From an uncultured virus (IMG/VR IMGVR_UViG_3300034375_007546) (lineage: Duplodnaviria; Heunggongvirae; Uroviricota; Caudoviricetes), in IMG/VR virus record IMGVR_UViG_3300034375_007546: DNA of 20,000 bases. The stretch is one strand, 5' to 3'. Numbering within the stretch: the stretch's first letter is position 1; every line of letters starts with the position of its first letter. The translations under genes were made by a program, and so were the position numbers. Below the pieces are notes generated by a model. The model saw nothing but the letters and a program-made list of their open reading frames with translations, ran no database searches and had not been told where the DNA came from. This document shows positions 7,092-13,951 of the stretch, in pieces.

Positions 7092-9593
7092 ATGCTGGTT
7101 GTAAACCATATTTATGGATATTCAACGGATTCAGACCGAGAAAAGGGCTGGGCTAAGATCGGACAGACTACCAACCAAACTGTTGACGATCGCATTAGAC
7201 AGCAAGATACGAGTTCAAACTCCGAGCCTCTGAAAAAGTTGTGTGAGATTCGCAACGTTAGATTCACCGATCATCAAATTCGTAATGAAATAGAACGTTT
7301 GGGTCTTGGCTATCCTGTTCGTAAAGAGTGGATGTTTATTAAAGCTGGGGTCGACAAGGTTGCCGAGACTATTCAAAAAGCCATTAATTCTCTGGCACTA
7401 GGTATCGTTCGCTCTAATTCCTTTGGATTGCGTCCGTGGCAGCAAGAGTGTCACGATAAGGCTGTGGGTGCTCTTAATAGTAGTCATGACAAGTTTCTTA
7501 TTGGCGCTGTCATGCGTTTCGGAAAGACGTTTACGTGCCTTAAAATTGCTGAATCTTTGGGTATCAAGTCTGCCCTAGTCATTACTGGCAAGCCTGAAGT
7601 CCGCGATTCTTGGAAGAATGAGCTTCAGAGCCATGTTGATTTTGTTGGTTGGGATTTTGTTGACTTGCGTGATGGCAATCTCTCAGTCAGCAATATTGAT
7701 TTCAATAAGAAGAACTTGTTCTTTGTATCATTCCAGTACCTTTTGACAAAGGCTGAGGGTGTTGATAAGACTTGGATCTATGACTTGCCAATTGATTTGA
7801 TTCTGACTGATGAGGAACATTATGGGTCAAAGACGGAAAAGTCGGCAAACATTCTGAATAATTTCGGATCTGTCCGGACAATTGCTATGTCAGGTACGCC
7901 GATTGAAAGTCGTAGGTCGGGGCGTTATGAGGATGATAATTCATTTTACTGGTCGTACCTAGACGCAGTACAAAGCAATTCAACTTTTCCAAATTTGCGA
8001 ATCCATGCTATGGATGTAGCAAAGTCAGTTGTTCGTGAAGCAAAGACTGCCGGGTTTGTTGGTGATGAAGCCTTTAATATTGCAAAGGTATTCGCAACCG
8101 AAAATGGCAAGTTTCTGTACGAGAGCGATGTTCGCTCATTGTTTGAAAAGGTATTTGATCTGCGTGCTATGTCGCGCGATCGCCGTAGAGACTCACCGGA
8201 GCGAATTACGGGACTACAGAGTGACAATTTCAGTCATATTCTAATGCGTGTTCCCTATTCTGTAGATGCCGCTAGTGCCACTGTTGATTTGCTAAGAGAG
8301 CTTTTGCCCGATAGAGAGATTGTTCTAGCTGCTGGAAGCGCTAACGGCGCCGTCACAAATATTAACGAAGTTAAGCGACGTATCGCACAAAATAACAAGA
8401 CGATAACCGTTACGTGCGGTCGGTTTGAGACAGGCGTTACGGTTCCAGAATGGGGCGCTGTTTATCTTTTTGATGGAGGTCGAAGCCCCGAATCATTTTG
8501 GCAGTTTATTTTTAGGGCATCAACTCCACTTAAAACGGATTCCTGGGAAAAGAAGGATTTTTACGTTTTTGATTTTGATCCTCATCGCTCTCTTGAGATG
8601 ATGTATACAGCAGCATCGGTTTCTCGTAAGCCGGGGCAAGAAATGGAGAAGGTTGTCACAGAATGGCTTGACGTTGCACCTATTTTGCAGCATGATGGTA
8701 GTCAGTTTACAGAGATTGATGCCAAGAGTGTGTTGGGGGCATACGACAATATGACTGCCGGCAAAATGCTGGAGAGGTTTGCCTCTGAGTATGGTATTTG
8801 GAATGTTTATGATCAGTCGGCTATGGATATTCTGTCCGACATTAAGGCAAGTAGTAAGCGCAAGATTGTGCAAGCAATCGCGGACAATCCTGATCTTGAA
8901 AAGGGCAAGGTAAAGAAGATTGTTGAAAAGGTGAAGAGTCTCTCAGTGAGTGAGAAGGCTGAAATTAAAAACCTCAAGGAAAAGGTCAAGAGCGTACTCC
9001 GCAGGATCCCAATGGCTCTGCCGAAATTGGGGGCTGTTGATTTGAATAGCCTTCTGAGCACTCAAGATAAGGATTACTTTAAGGCGACCGTTGGAATCTC
9101 GGTAGAGAACTTTAAGGAACTGATTGAGAATAGAGTTATCAATAGCGACTGGTTAAACGATTGTATTATCAGCACTGTTAACTATCTTGCGCGGGTTGAA
9201 AATAACCCGGATGCTTTGTGGAAGATCCTTGAACTCTATGCTAGTATGGGTAGCGAAGTGTCTCCTGGCACTCCTAAAAACATCGCAAACGAAATGCTTG
9301 ATTCGTTGGATGAAAGCCTTTGGAAGGATCCAACTAAGACATTCTGTAACCCTAATGTTTCTGATGGAACTTTTTATTTTCTTATGATCGAAAAGCTGAT
9401 GAATGGATTGACAGAGGCAATCCCAAATGAGGCAGAAAGAATGCGCCATATTCTTACAAATCAGATATATGGCTACGATCATAAGGTCGGCCCTCTGGGC
9501 TTTGTTAAGTCGATCGCTGAAAGATACCTTAACACTAAGGCATTGGGTATCGAACTTAACTTGGAGATGAGAAACATTTTGGAGGAAAATTAA
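7092..9593 (+). CDS. Restriction-like protein: GIY-YIG (T5orf172-like) nuclease + SF2 helicase + degenerate N-terminal half of an adenine MTase
   Basis: IYGY...KIGQT...RIRQQ; Walker A AVMRFGKT; DEEH; SGTP; ETGVTVPEW; QFIFRAST; C-terminal TPKNIANEMLDSL...KTFCNPNVSDGTF. ATG 7092 follows AAAGGA (TTG 7089 is an alternative start). Confidence 0.82.
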   Translation: MLVVNHIYGYSTDSDREKGWAKIGQTTNQTVDDRIRQQDTSSNSEPLKKLCEIRNVRFTDHQIRNEIERLGLGYPVRKEWMFIKAGVDKVAETIQKAINSLALGIVRSNSFGLRPWQQECHDKAVGALNSSHDKFLIGAVMRFGKTFTCLKIAESLGIKSALVITGKPEVRDSWKNELQSHVDFVGWDFVDLRDGNLSVSNIDFNKKNLFFVSFQYLLTKAEGVDKTWIYDLPIDLILTDEEHYGSKTEKSANILNNFGSVRTIAMSGTPIESRRSGRYEDDNSFYWSYLDAVQSNSTFPNLRIHAMDVAKSVVREAKTAGFVGDEAFNIAKVFATENGKFLYESDVRSLFEKVFDLRAMSRDRRRDSPERITGLQSDNFSHILMRVPYSVDAASATVDLLRELLPDREIVLAAGSANGAVTNINEVKRRIAQNNKTITVTCGRFETGVTVPEWGAVYLFDGGRSPESFWQFIFRASTPLKTDSWEKKDFYVFDFDPHRSLEMMYTAASVSRKPGQEMEKVVTEWLDVAPILQHDGSQFTEIDAKSVLGAYDNMTAGKMLERFASEYGIWNVYDQSAMDILSDIKASSKRKIVQAIADNPDLEKGKVKKIVEKVKSLSVSEKAEIKNLKEKVKSVLRRIPMALPKLGAVDLNSLLSTQDKDYFKATVGISVENFKELIENRVINSDWLNDCIISTVNYLARVENNPDALWKILELYASMGSEVSPGTPKNIANEMLDSLDESLWKDPTKTFCNPNVSDGTFYFLMIEKLMNGLTEAIPNEAERMRHILTNQIYGYDHKVGPLGFVKSIAERYLNTKALGIELNLEMRNILEEN

Positions 9594-10547
9594 ATGAAGT
9601 TTGATGTAGTAATTGGGAACCCGCCTTACCAAAAGAGTGACGGAGGTCATGGTGCCTCAGCAAAGGCGATTTATAATGACTTTGTGGAAAAGGCGAAGGA
9701 ATGGGATCCTGAATACCTTTCCTTTGTGATTCCGGCGCGCTGGACAGTCGGCGGAAAGGGAATGGCAAGCTTCCGCAAGAGCATGCTGAATGATACGAGT
9801 ATTGAGCTTCTTAAGATTTTTCCTAATTCTAAGGATTGCTTCCCCGATAATGATATCAAGGGTGGTATCTGTTACTTTGTTAGAAATACCAACCACAATG
9901 GAAACTGCAAAGTTGTTATAAAGAATGGATCCAGCGAAACCTCAGATATTAGAACTCTCAACGAGGTCGGTGACGATTTGTTTATTGTCAATAAGACATC
10001 AGCTGATATCGTCGCAAAAGTCCAAAATGTTGAATCGGAGTTTATGGATACGATTGTTAGCGCTTCTAAGCCTTTTGGGTTGCGTACCTTCTACAAGGGT
10101 AAAGATGCAGGAGAAGTATTACTCTACCAAAACAAGGGACAAGCTTATTGTGAAAGTAGTGATCTACTTAAGAATCGTGATTGGGTGGATGATTATAAGG
10201 TTTTAATTCCATATGCAGCCGATGGTCGTGGTGGCATGGGCTTGCAAGTTCTGGGTCATCCAATTGTTGCGAAGCCTGGAAGTGCTTGTACCGAGACCTA
10301 TCTAATTGTTAATCGTTACGACAATCTTGTAGAGGCTGAAAATATGGCATCGTTTCTAAAAACAAAGTTTGCGCGCTTTATGGTATCGACCCTAAAGAAG
10401 ACGCAACACGGTACGCGACGAGTCTTTAGGTTCGTTCCTCATCTCGATATGAACAAAAAATGGGTTGACAGCGAGCTTTATGAGAGGTACGATCTGAGTC
10501 AGAATGAGATCGACTTCATCGAGAAGAAGATCAAAGCGATGGCATGA
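9594..10547 (+). CDS. Eco57I-like N6-adenine methyltransferase, catalytic half + target-recognition domain
   Basis: Begins MKFDVVIGNPPYQ (motif IV); IPARW; IKGGICYF; CTETY; no SAM-binding motif I. Confidence 0.85.
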   Translation: MKFDVVIGNPPYQKSDGGHGASAKAIYNDFVEKAKEWDPEYLSFVIPARWTVGGKGMASFRKSMLNDTSIELLKIFPNSKDCFPDNDIKGGICYFVRNTNHNGNCKVVIKNGSSETSDIRTLNEVGDDLFIVNKTSADIVAKVQNVESEFMDTIVSASKPFGLRTFYKGKDAGEVLLYQNKGQAYCESSDLLKNRDWVDDYKVLIPYAADGRGGMGLQVLGHPIVAKPGSACTETYLIVNRYDNLVEAENMASFLKTKFARFMVSTLKKTQHGTRRVFRFVPHLDMNKKWVDSELYERYDLSQNEIDFIEKKIKAMA

Positions 10548-11035
10548 CAGAGAAACTTGTTAAAACAAAAAAGCGTGTTGCAGATGTTGGAGAGGTGTTC
10601 ACACCTAGATGGCTTGTTGAAGAGGTTTTAGAGGCTCTTCCTAAAAGTGTATTTGAAGACTCTGAGAAAACCTTTATTGACCCCGCCTGTGGTGATGGAA
10701 ATTTCTTGGCTGTAGTACTTGAACAAAAGATGGAACATGGCGTTGATGCATTACAGGCTATCTCTACCATATACGGTGTTGATATCATGCCTGATAATGT
10801 TTTAGAGTGCAGGCAGCGTCTGTTTAAGACGGTTGTTTCTAGAGTGAATAACAAAGTAGTGCCTTCTAATTTTTACAGTCAAATGGTGGAAATACTAAAG
10901 AGGAACATCCAACTCGGGGATACACTTCAATTTGATATAGAGGATATTCTGTCCGAGAATCCATCATCAGAGCTTCAAAGTTTCAGGCTAGAAAGAATGA
11001 GTGAAAGTAAAAAAGCAGTTGACAAGACAGACTGA
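10544..11035 (+). CDS. N6-adenine methyltransferase SAM-binding half
   Basis: GEVFTP (motif X), FIDPACGDGNFL (motif I), IYGVDI, NIQLGDTL; no NPPY. Confidence 0.85.
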   Translation: MTEKLVKTKKRVADVGEVFTPRWLVEEVLEALPKSVFEDSEKTFIDPACGDGNFLAVVLEQKMEHGVDALQAISTIYGVDIMPDNVLECRQRLFKTVVSRVNNKVVPSNFYSQMVEILKRNIQLGDTLQFDIEDILSENPSSELQSFRLERMSESKKAVDKTD

Positions 11036-11065
11036 GCGTGGTAGACTGTAGTCACGATGAGAGAA
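11019..11065 (+). promoter_or_regulatory. Repeated sigma70 promoter, copy 2, drives tRNA-Lys
   Basis: TTGACA 11019-24, 17 bp, TAGACT 11042-47. Confidence 0.85.
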
Positions 11066-11100
11066 TGGACCTCTAGCTCAACAGGTAGAGCATCGGACTT

Positions 11101-11789
11101 TAAATAGGAGTGCTTTAGTAGAAATATTAAAAGTAGAATTTGGCTATATGCTGGAACACCCTTAGAGCCTTTAATACCAATTACCTTTGGTGACAATTTG
11201 AAGGATTGGGCAATCAGCAGGAAACTAACAGGTCACTAATCCGACGCTTGACTATTTATCTGTAGGAGGTAAACTACAGTGTTACATAGTAAAGCAAAAG
11301 GGACGATTGGTGAGGTGAAAGTGGCAGCCGATTTACTTTCAAGAGGATTTCACGTTTTTACAGAAATTGGTGATCTATCGAAGATTGACTTGATAGCCGA
11401 GCGGGATAGAAAACTATACAGATTTCAAGTAAAAGCCTACCATTCTAAGGATGGTGTTGTTGTTCTCTCAAGTAAAAAGAGTGGCCCAAACTACTCTTTT
11501 CACTACGAAAGTGATCAAGTTGACATTTTTGCCGTGTATGTCTTAGACAAAGATATAATTTTCTATGTCTCCTCTAAAGAGGTTTGTGAATATTCAAGCA
11601 GTATGAATATTCGCCTTGAGCCTCCAAAGAATGGACAAAAGAAAAATATAAACTTAGTAGAAAACTGCACACTAGAAAGGATCCTCAGAGACTACACGCC
11701 AAACGCCCAAACAGATAATGCTGTGGGTGATGATATAGTCCAGACCAGCAAACCTTTTTGGGCGGCTTAGGAAACTAAGTGCTGGTAAG
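11101..11789 (+). mobile_element. Group I self-splicing intron (689 nt) inserted after U34
   Basis: P1 ACUU/GAGU with U.G at the 5' splice site; P (TATGCTGGAA), Q (AATCAGCAGG), R (TCAGAGACTACA), S (GATATAGTCC); P3 TTTGGC/GCCAAA; P7 GACTA/TAGTC; P9 ACCAGCA/TGCTGGT; terminal G 11789. Confidence 0.92.
11279..11770 (+). CDS. Intron-encoded PD-(D/E)XK homing endonuclease (I-Ssp6803I-like)
   Basis: KGTIGE...DLIAE...RFQVK...YESDQVDIFAVY pattern; AGGAGG RBS and GTG start; lies inside the intron. Confidence 0.85.
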   Translation: MLHSKAKGTIGEVKVAADLLSRGFHVFTEIGDLSKIDLIAERDRKLYRFQVKAYHSKDGVVVLSSKKSGPNYSFHYESDQVDIFAVYVLDKDIIFYVSSKEVCEYSSSMNIRLEPPKNGQKKNINLVENCTLERILRDYTPNAQTDNAVGDDIVQTSKPFWAA

Positions 11790-11851
11790 TTAATCCGCAG
11801 GTTCTGGGTTCGAGTCCCAGGGGGTCCACCAATTTTCACCAAGAGGTAAAA

Positions 11852-12079
11852 ATGAACAACACAGATTATAGAATTAAATTGGCTAGGATTTGGAATAGCT
11901 CCTCCGATCGGGGCGAAGCATTGCGCCGTGCCAGAGAAGAGATTGATCCGAGCCTTACTCTTTCTAAGATGATGAGTAAGATCAGGTATATGCAAAGTAA
12001 GGGAGTTCCGTTGTGCGATTTGACTCCGTCACGACATGTGGACTGGGCCCGCGTTAACGATGCTATAGATTGCTGTTAA
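11852..12079 (+). CDS. Hypothetical small helical protein (possibly HTH-like)
   Basis: GAGG RBS, 75 aa. Confidence 0.65.
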   Translation: MNNTDYRIKLARIWNSSSDRGEALRRAREEIDPSLTLSKMMSKIRYMQSKGVPLCDLTPSRHVDWARVNDAIDCC

Positions 12080-12115
12080 TCAGACTCAAAATAAAGGCGA
12101 AAGTTAAGAAAAGGG

Positions 12116-12156
12116 TTGACAAGACAGACAGGGCGTGGTAGACTGTAGTCACGATG
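12116..12156 (+). promoter_or_regulatory. Repeated sigma70 promoter, copy 3, drives tRNA-Gln
   Basis: 12115-12156 matches 11018-11059 with 2 mismatches in 42 bp. Confidence 0.85.
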
Positions 12157-12161
12157 GGGGA

Positions 12162-12237
12162 TGAGGTGTAGTTCAATTGGCAGAGCCCCGGATTTTGATT
12201 CCGGCAGTTGTAGGTTCGAGTCCTACCACCTCAACCA
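12162..12237 (+). tRNA. tRNA-Gln(UUG)
   Basis: TGAGGTG/CACCTCA acceptor, CCGGA-TTTTGAT-TCCGG, GTAGG-TTCGAGT-CCTAC, ACCA. Confidence 0.95.
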
Positions 12238-12267
12238 GTTACATTACCAGAACAAGGAGAACGAAGA

Positions 12268-12483
12268 ATGAAGATCGTAACTATCTGGGAAACTTCGGAA
12301 GGCTTCTTTACTCGCAAAGAAGATTGTATTTGTCATCGTTTCTTCGATGAATATTATCGAAGGGAGGAAAAAGAAACCCCCGCAGAACATTACGCCATCT
12401 ATGATGACGGCAAATACTTTCTTCTTGGCAAGCCAATCCCAACGTGGAAGTTCCCAAACGAAAATAAGGAGAACGAAGAATGA
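12268..12483 (+). CDS. Hypothetical protein
   Basis: AAGGAG RBS, 71 aa. Confidence 0.7.
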   Translation: MKIVTIWETSEGFFTRKEDCICHRFFDEYYRREEKETPAEHYAIYDDGKYFLLGKPIPTWKFPNENKENEE

Positions 12484-12638
12484 TTGTCTATGTTGTCTTT
12501 GAATACGAACGACACGAAGTAAGCAGGATTGCTGCTATCTTTGATTCAGAAGAAAAGGCAGAAGATTACATTCACAACCATTATCCAGATGATGACTCTG
12601 TTTTCTGGCTTGAATGGGACGAGTACAGAGTTCAGTAA
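12480..12638 (+). CDS. Hypothetical acidic protein (52 aa, MIVYVVFEYERHEVSRIAAIFDSEEKAEDY...)
   Basis: Translated manually; AAGGAG RBS and ATGA overlap; below ORF-track cutoff. Confidence 0.7.
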   Translation: MIVYVVFEYERHEVSRIAAIFDSEEKAEDYIHNHYPDDDSVFWLEWDEYRVQ

Positions 12639-12645
12639 AAACTAC

Positions 12646-12674
12646 TTGACAGCCTGCGATCGTCGGGTTACATT
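12646..12674 (+). promoter_or_regulatory. sigma70-type promoter upstream of the Leu tRNAs
   Basis: TTGACA-17bp-TACATT. Confidence 0.65.
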
Positions 12675-12704
12675 ACAAGAGTAAGGGAGTACCAAATATT
12701 AAAT

Positions 12705-12791
12705 GGCGCGGTGCCGGAACTGGTCTACGGAGAGCACTCAAAATGCTCCGCTCTTATGAGCTTGTGGGTTCGAATCCCACCCGCGCTACCA
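12705..12791 (+). tRNA. tRNA-Leu(CAA)
   Basis: GGCGCGG/CCGCGCT, GAGCA-CTCAAAA-TGCTC, long variable arm GCTC-TTAT-GAGC, ACCA. Confidence 0.93.
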
Positions 12792-12801
12792 TACAATAAA
12801 T

Positions 12802-12888
12802 GGGACAGTGCCGGAACTGGTCTACGGAAAGCACTTAAAATGCTTCGCTCTTATGAGCTTGTGGGTTCGAATCCCACCTGTCCTACCA
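12802..12888 (+). tRNA. tRNA-Leu(UAA)
   Basis: GGGACAG/CTGTCCT, AAGCA-CTTAAAA-TGCTT, same variable and T arms, ACCA. Confidence 0.93.
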
Positions 12889-12909
12889 AATTAGAATAAG
12901 GATGAGACA

Positions 12910-13086
12910 ATGAGCAACGAAAACATTGATATGCTACAAGATATGATCCGCGACAAGTTGGCTGACGATAAAGTCGTTTGCGATCTGATTGAGGACGACG
13001 AGGACTTTGAGCATTTGATGGAGCTGATCTCAAACGCGATTGTGGAATGCGCGGGAGTTATGCTTCGGCGTTCATTGGAGGAGTAA
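12910..13086 (+). CDS. Hypothetical acidic protein (58 aa)
   Basis: Manual translation MSNENIDMLQDMIRDKLADD...; AAGGA upstream. Confidence 0.6.
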   Translation: MSNENIDMLQDMIRDKLADDKVVCDLIEDDEDFEHLMELISNAIVECAGVMLRRSLEE

Positions 13087-13087
13087 G

Positions 13088-13168
13088 ATGTTAGATTATA
13101 TTGAAGCAGCAGTATTCATCGTAGTTCTGTTGGGACCGGCTGGTTGGTTTTACTTGGAGAAGAGATAA
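13088..13168 (+). CDS. Small single-TM protein (26 aa, MLDYIEAAVFIVVLLGPAGWFYLEKR)
   Basis: GGAGGAG RBS, hydrophobic core. Confidence 0.5.
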   Translation: MLDYIEAAVFIVVLLGPAGWFYLEKR

Positions 13169-13264
13169 ATGTACTATATCTTAGGCTTTATTATTTTCCT
13201 TTTGCTCGGTATTCTCGCAATCGTAGAAATCCAGAGAGGACTTGACACTTACGATCAAGATTGA
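13169..13264 (+). CDS. Small single-TM protein (31 aa, MYYILGFIIFLLLGILAIVEIQRGLDTYDQD)
   Basis: GGAG RBS, directly follows upstream stop, hydrophobic core. Confidence 0.5.
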   Translation: MYYILGFIIFLLLGILAIVEIQRGLDTYDQD

Positions 13265-13270
13265 TATGAT
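13242..13270 (+). promoter_or_regulatory. sigma70-type promoter directly upstream of tRNA-Asn
   Basis: TTGACA-17bp-TATGAT with TG; unusually close (2 nt) to the tRNA 5' end. Confidence 0.45.
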
Positions 13271-13272
13271 TT

Positions 13273-13348
13273 GGGGCAATAGCTCAGTTGGTAGAGCAAA
13301 ACACTGTTAATGTTTGGGTCCCAGGTTCGAGCCCTGGTTGCCCCGCCA
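13273..13348 (+). tRNA. tRNA-Asn(GUU)
   Basis: GGGGCAA/TTGCCCC, AAACA-CTGTTAA-TGTTT, CCAGG-TTCGAGC-CCTGG, GCCA (G73). Confidence 0.93.
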
Positions 13349-13371
13349 AATCACCAAATATCATTTTGACC

Positions 13372-13400
13372 TTGACACCAGCGGCTTCGGCTGCTATAGT
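13372..13400 (+). promoter_or_regulatory. sigma70-type promoter whose spacer holds an AGCGGC-TTCG-GCTGCT hairpin
   Basis: TTGACA-17bp-TATAGT with TG. Confidence 0.72.
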
Positions 13401-13471
13401 AGATACATAAGCTAATAAACTGACTTACGAACCTAAGTTGGGAAATGACAAACATTTACTGTTGAATTTAT

Positions 13472-13547
13472 GCGGCGGTAGCATAACAGTAAATGCCCTG
13501 TTCTTATAAAGCAGTTTATCTGGGTGCAATTCCCAGTCGCCGTACCA
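13472..13547 (+). tRNA. tRNA-Ile(UAU), non-canonical D and T loops
   Basis: GCGGCGG/TCGCCGT, GCAT-AACAGTAA-ATGC, CTGTT-CTTATAA-AGCAG, CTGGG-TGCAATT-CCCAG, ACCA. Confidence 0.85.
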
Positions 13548-13634
13548 TTTTGAACTGGCTTGGAGCCTTTGACGAATATTGATTCGTTGAGTAACAGGAC
13601 AAATAAACAAAACCTGTAAAAGAAAGAAGGATGA

Positions 13635-13949
13635 ATGCTCTCGCGCCACGTTAGAAAGCATTACGATAGAGTTGTTTGCGCCGATGGATTTACAATGTCG
13701 GTACAGGCAAGTGTTTATAACTATTGGCACCCGCAAGAGAGCGGGGCACCTAAGTATGATCTTGTGGAAGTTGGGTTCCCTACAACTATGGAACCAATGC
13801 TTATGCCTTATGCTGAAACCCCGGAGAATCCCACAGGAACCGTCTATGCTTATGTTCCCGTAGAGCTTGTTACAAATGTTATTGTAAAGCACGGTGGGAT
13901 GGTTTCAGGTGAAGTGCCCCCAGGGGTTATCGCTATTCGGGCTTCATAA
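13635..13949 (+). CDS. Hypothetical phage protein
   Basis: CADGFTMSVQAS...VEVGFP...VYAYVP...KHGG globular sequence; AAGGA upstream. Confidence 0.75.
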   Translation: MLSRHVRKHYDRVVCADGFTMSVQASVYNYWHPQESGAPKYDLVEVGFPTTMEPMLMPYAETPENPTGTVYAYVPVELVTNVIVKHGGMVSGEVPPGVIAIRAS

Positions 13950-13951
13950 CT

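Larger units (their letters stand above)
11067..11831 (+). tRNA. tRNA-Lys(UUU), split by a group I intron (exons 11067-11100 and 11790-11831)
   Basis: Spliced exons give a 76-nt cloverleaf: acceptor GGACCTC/GGGGTCC, D-arm GCTC/GAGC, loop CT-TTT-AA, T-arm CTGGG-TTCGAGT-CCCAG, ACCA end. Confidence 0.92.

Noticed and set aside
10465..10493. TTGACA-17-TACGAT inside the MTase gene, possible internal promoter for gene 3
   Set aside because: Plausible but within coding sequence, so chance occurrence cannot be excluded
12711..12899. 62-aa ORF with internal repeat
   Set aside because: Shadow of the two Leu tRNA genes
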